DNA of 53,127 nucleotides from Eubacteriales bacterium (GTDB lineage Bacteria; Bacillota; Clostridia; Oscillospirales; CAG-272): NCBI GenBank assembly GCA_045588165.1, contig JAZNDP010000100.1, positions 1 to 53,127 of the forward strand, read 5' to 3'. Shown piece by piece: positions 50,674 to 53,127 of this stretch (position 1 is its first letter; each line of letters starts with the position of its first letter). The notes under the pieces were generated by a model. It saw only the letters and a program-made list of their open reading frames with translations, ran no database searches and was not told where the DNA came from. The position numbers and the translations under genes were made by a program.

Positions 50674-51942
50674 ATGAAGACGGTATTGATCATTGGAGCG
50701 GGATGCAGAGGACGGGGATACGCGAAAATTGCCGCCGCCATGGGCGAGGAATTCAAGATCATTGGCGTTGCCGAGCCCATTGAGCATCGCAGAAACTTCA
50801 TAAAGGAAACCTATTCGATTCCCGAGGAGATGTGTCATACCTCTTGGGAGGATTTTTTGAGCCGTCCCAAATTTGCCGATCTTTGCGTGATCGCTACCAT
50901 GGACAGAGACCATCTCGCGCCCGTTCTTGCGGCAATCGACAAGGGATACGACATTTTGCTGGAGAAGCCCATGGGCGCCACTCCCGAGGAGTGCTGCGTC
51001 ATTGAGCGCGCCGCCGCGGAGAAGGGCGTGTTCGTTCAAGTCTGCCACGTGCTTCGCTTCACCCCCTTTTTCTTGGCGCTGAAGAGACTGATCGACGGCG
51101 GACGAATCGGAACCCCCCTCCATATTCAGCACATCGAGTGCGTGGGCAATATCCACCAGAGCCACAGCTTTGTGCGGGGCAACTGGCATAACAGCAAGGA
51201 AAGCACCCCCATGATTGTGCAGAAGACCTGTCACGATATGGATATTATTCAGTGGCTTCTTGGAAAGAAATGCACACGTGTACATAGCTTCGGATCCCTC
51301 AGCTACTTCTGCGAGGAGAACGCGCCCGCGGGAGCGCCTGCGCGCTGTACCGACGGCTGTCCTCACGCGGATACCTGTAACTATAACGCGATCAAGATCT
51401 ATATGGAGATCAAAAAGGGCAGAAGCTTTGCCAAGACCGCGGCGGGGGGAAAAGAGATTTATACTGACGAGGAAATGATGGAGCGTCTGCGCACCACCAA
51501 CTACGGAAAATGCGTGTTCCGGATGGATAACGACGTGGTGGATCACCAGACTGTCAATCTGGAATTTGAGGGCGGAGCCACCGTCAGCTTTTCCATGTGC
51601 GCCTTTAATAGGGGCGGACGAAATATCCGCATTATGGGTACCGAGGGCGAGCTGACGGGTAACATGGATGAGGATTTTGTGACGCTGTACGATTTTACCA
51701 CGAGAGAAACGACAAAAATCCCGATCTCCGAGATGCAGGTGGACGATTCCATCGACGGCGGACACGGCGGAGGAGACGAAGGCATCATGCGCGCTCTGCG
51801 GGACCGTCTGAACGGCAAGCGCGAGAACGTGTCCTTCTGTACCATTGAGGAGACCTGTCGCAATCACCTGATCGCCTTTGCGGCAGAGGAATCCAGAATC
51901 ACCGGAAAGGTCGTAGACCTTGCGGAATACGAAAAAAATTAG
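50674..51942 (+). CDS. Gfo/Idh/MocA-family oxidoreductase
   Basis: N-terminal Rossmann segment MKTVLIIGAGCRGRGYA and the EKP motif (LLEKPMGAT). 422 aa. Confidence 0.85.
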   Translation: MKTVLIIGAGCRGRGYAKIAAAMGEEFKIIGVAEPIEHRRNFIKETYSIPEEMCHTSWEDFLSRPKFADLCVIATMDRDHLAPVLAAIDKGYDILLEKPMGATPEECCVIERAAAEKGVFVQVCHVLRFTPFFLALKRLIDGGRIGTPLHIQHIECVGNIHQSHSFVRGNWHNSKESTPMIVQKTCHDMDIIQWLLGKKCTRVHSFGSLSYFCEENAPAGAPARCTDGCPHADTCNYNAIKIYMEIKKGRSFAKTAAGGKEIYTDEEMMERLRTTNYGKCVFRMDNDVVDHQTVNLEFEGGATVSFSMCAFNRGGRNIRIMGTEGELTGNMDEDFVTLYDFTTRETTKIPISEMQVDDSIDGGHGGGDEGIMRALRDRLNGKRENVSFCTIEETCRNHLIAFAAEESRITGKVVDLAEYEKN

Positions 51943-52003
51943 GCGGCTTGATCTGACCTTTAACAGAGGCGGATCGGAGCGCCGATCAATAAAGGAGAGC
52001 ATA

Positions 52004-53107
52004 ATGAGCAGCAGACCCGCGTGTGAGAAGATCCATGAGGCAATGGAGCAATTCTTTGGAGAGATCCTGACCCGATGCGAACCCTATGGAAACGGACATA
52101 TCAACGACACCTTTCTGGTGGAGTCAAAGGGAAAGCGCTATATCCTTCAGCGTATGAATAATACCGTCTTTCCTTATCCCGAGGAAATGATGGAGAATAT
52201 TGCGGGAGTCACCTCCCATATCCGCGCCAAGGCAGAGGAGCGGGGAGAGGATACCGAGCGAGTGCCCTTGACCGTAATTCCCACGAGGAATGGCTTGAAC
52301 TGTTATCGCGACAGCATCGGTTCCTGGTGGCGCGTTTACGTATTCGTAGAGGAAACGGTTGCCAGGGATCAGGTGGAGTGTGCGGCGGATTTTGAGATCT
52401 GCGCGGAGGCGTTTGGCAAATTCCAGCAGGACCTTGCCGATTATCCCGCGGAGAAGCTCCACGAGACCATCAAGAATTTCCATAACACCCCATGGCGTGT
52501 AGCGAATCTGAAAAAAGCGGTTGCCGCGGACGTCTGCGGCAGATGCGGAGAGGTGGCGCAGGAGATCGGCTTTGCTCTCGCGAGAGAGGAGTTTGCGGGA
52601 ACGCTGGAGCGCGCGAGAGAGGCGGGCGAGCTGCCTCTGCGAGTCACCCACAACGACACCAAGCTCAATAATATCCTCTTTGACGCAAAAACGGGCGAGG
52701 CGATCTGCGTAATCGATCTGGATACGGTCATGCCAGGCTATTCGGTCACCGATTTCGGAGATTCCATTCGCTTCGGCGCCAATACCGCCGTGGAGGATGA
52801 GCCCGATCTTTCCAAGGTTTCTCTGGATCTCGATTTGTTTGAGGCGTATGCCCGCGGATTCATTCGCGGCTGTGACGGAAAGCTTACCGCGAAGGAGCTG
52901 GAGCTTCTTCCCGAGGGAGCCATGATGATGACCTATGAGTGTGGCATTCGATTCCTGACCGACTATCTGTCGGGAGATACCTATTTCAAGATCCATCGCC
53001 CGAAGCACAATCTGGATCGTTGCCGCGATCAGTTCGCTCTCCTTGCCGATATGGAGCGAAAACTGCCCGAAATGAAGGCGATCGTGAAAAAACTGGCAGG
53101 GAAATAA
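52004..53107 (+). CDS. APH-fold sugar kinase resembling N-acetylhexosamine 1-kinase (NahK/LnpB-like)
   Basis: Start at MSSRPA (AAAGGAGAG upstream). EPYGNGHINDTFLV...YILQRMN..VFP and catalytic THNDTKLNNILFD...VIDLDT resemble NahK as I recall it. Confidence 0.7.
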   Translation: MSSRPACEKIHEAMEQFFGEILTRCEPYGNGHINDTFLVESKGKRYILQRMNNTVFPYPEEMMENIAGVTSHIRAKAEERGEDTERVPLTVIPTRNGLNCYRDSIGSWWRVYVFVEETVARDQVECAADFEICAEAFGKFQQDLADYPAEKLHETIKNFHNTPWRVANLKKAVAADVCGRCGEVAQEIGFALAREEFAGTLERAREAGELPLRVTHNDTKLNNILFDAKTGEAICVIDLDTVMPGYSVTDFGDSIRFGANTAVEDEPDLSKVSLDLDLFEAYARGFIRGCDGKLTAKELELLPEGAMMMTYECGIRFLTDYLSGDTYFKIHRPKHNLDRCRDQFALLADMERKLPEMKAIVKKLAGK

Positions 53108-53127
53108 GAATAACGAATAATACAATA

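Overview
53.1-kb window from a fairly high-GC Firmicutes/Clostridia-type chromosome. Host context: a glmS-ribozyme/glmS/glmM amino-sugar cluster; yybS-gdpP-rplI-dnaB-tilS-ftsH on the minus strand; rimP-nusA-ylxR-ylxQ-infB on the plus strand. The centre of the window (about 12894-31230, ~18.3 kb, visibly more AT-rich by eye) is an integrated mobile element. It splits a P-type (Ca2+-type) cation ATPase gene inside the codons for the conserved TM4 PEGLP motif. attL and attR can be read directly, and joining the flanks restores an in-frame ...VVAVPEGLPMMIAV... gene. From left to right the element carries: a large serine recombinase; an ImmA/XRE/Cro-like switch with divergent promoters and five 11-bp palindromic operators; about a dozen small early genes (DUF551-like, ASCH/DUF3850-like, several zinc ribbons); a Rep_trans-type rolling-circle initiator with a RepC/RepD-like catalytic Tyr motif; a co-directional module made only of membrane-anchored or secreted proteins, small TM peptides and one polytopic P-loop NTPase; and an ~870-bp ORF-poor arm rich in hairpins and inverted repeats. 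I see no terminase, portal, capsid or tail genes and no T4SS set. The best reading is a divergent integrated inovirus-like (filamentous) prophage, or else an undescribed class of RCR integrative element. This is the main candidate for novelty. No rRNA, tRNA or CRISPR array was seen. All family names come from motif recognition by eye, not from database searches.
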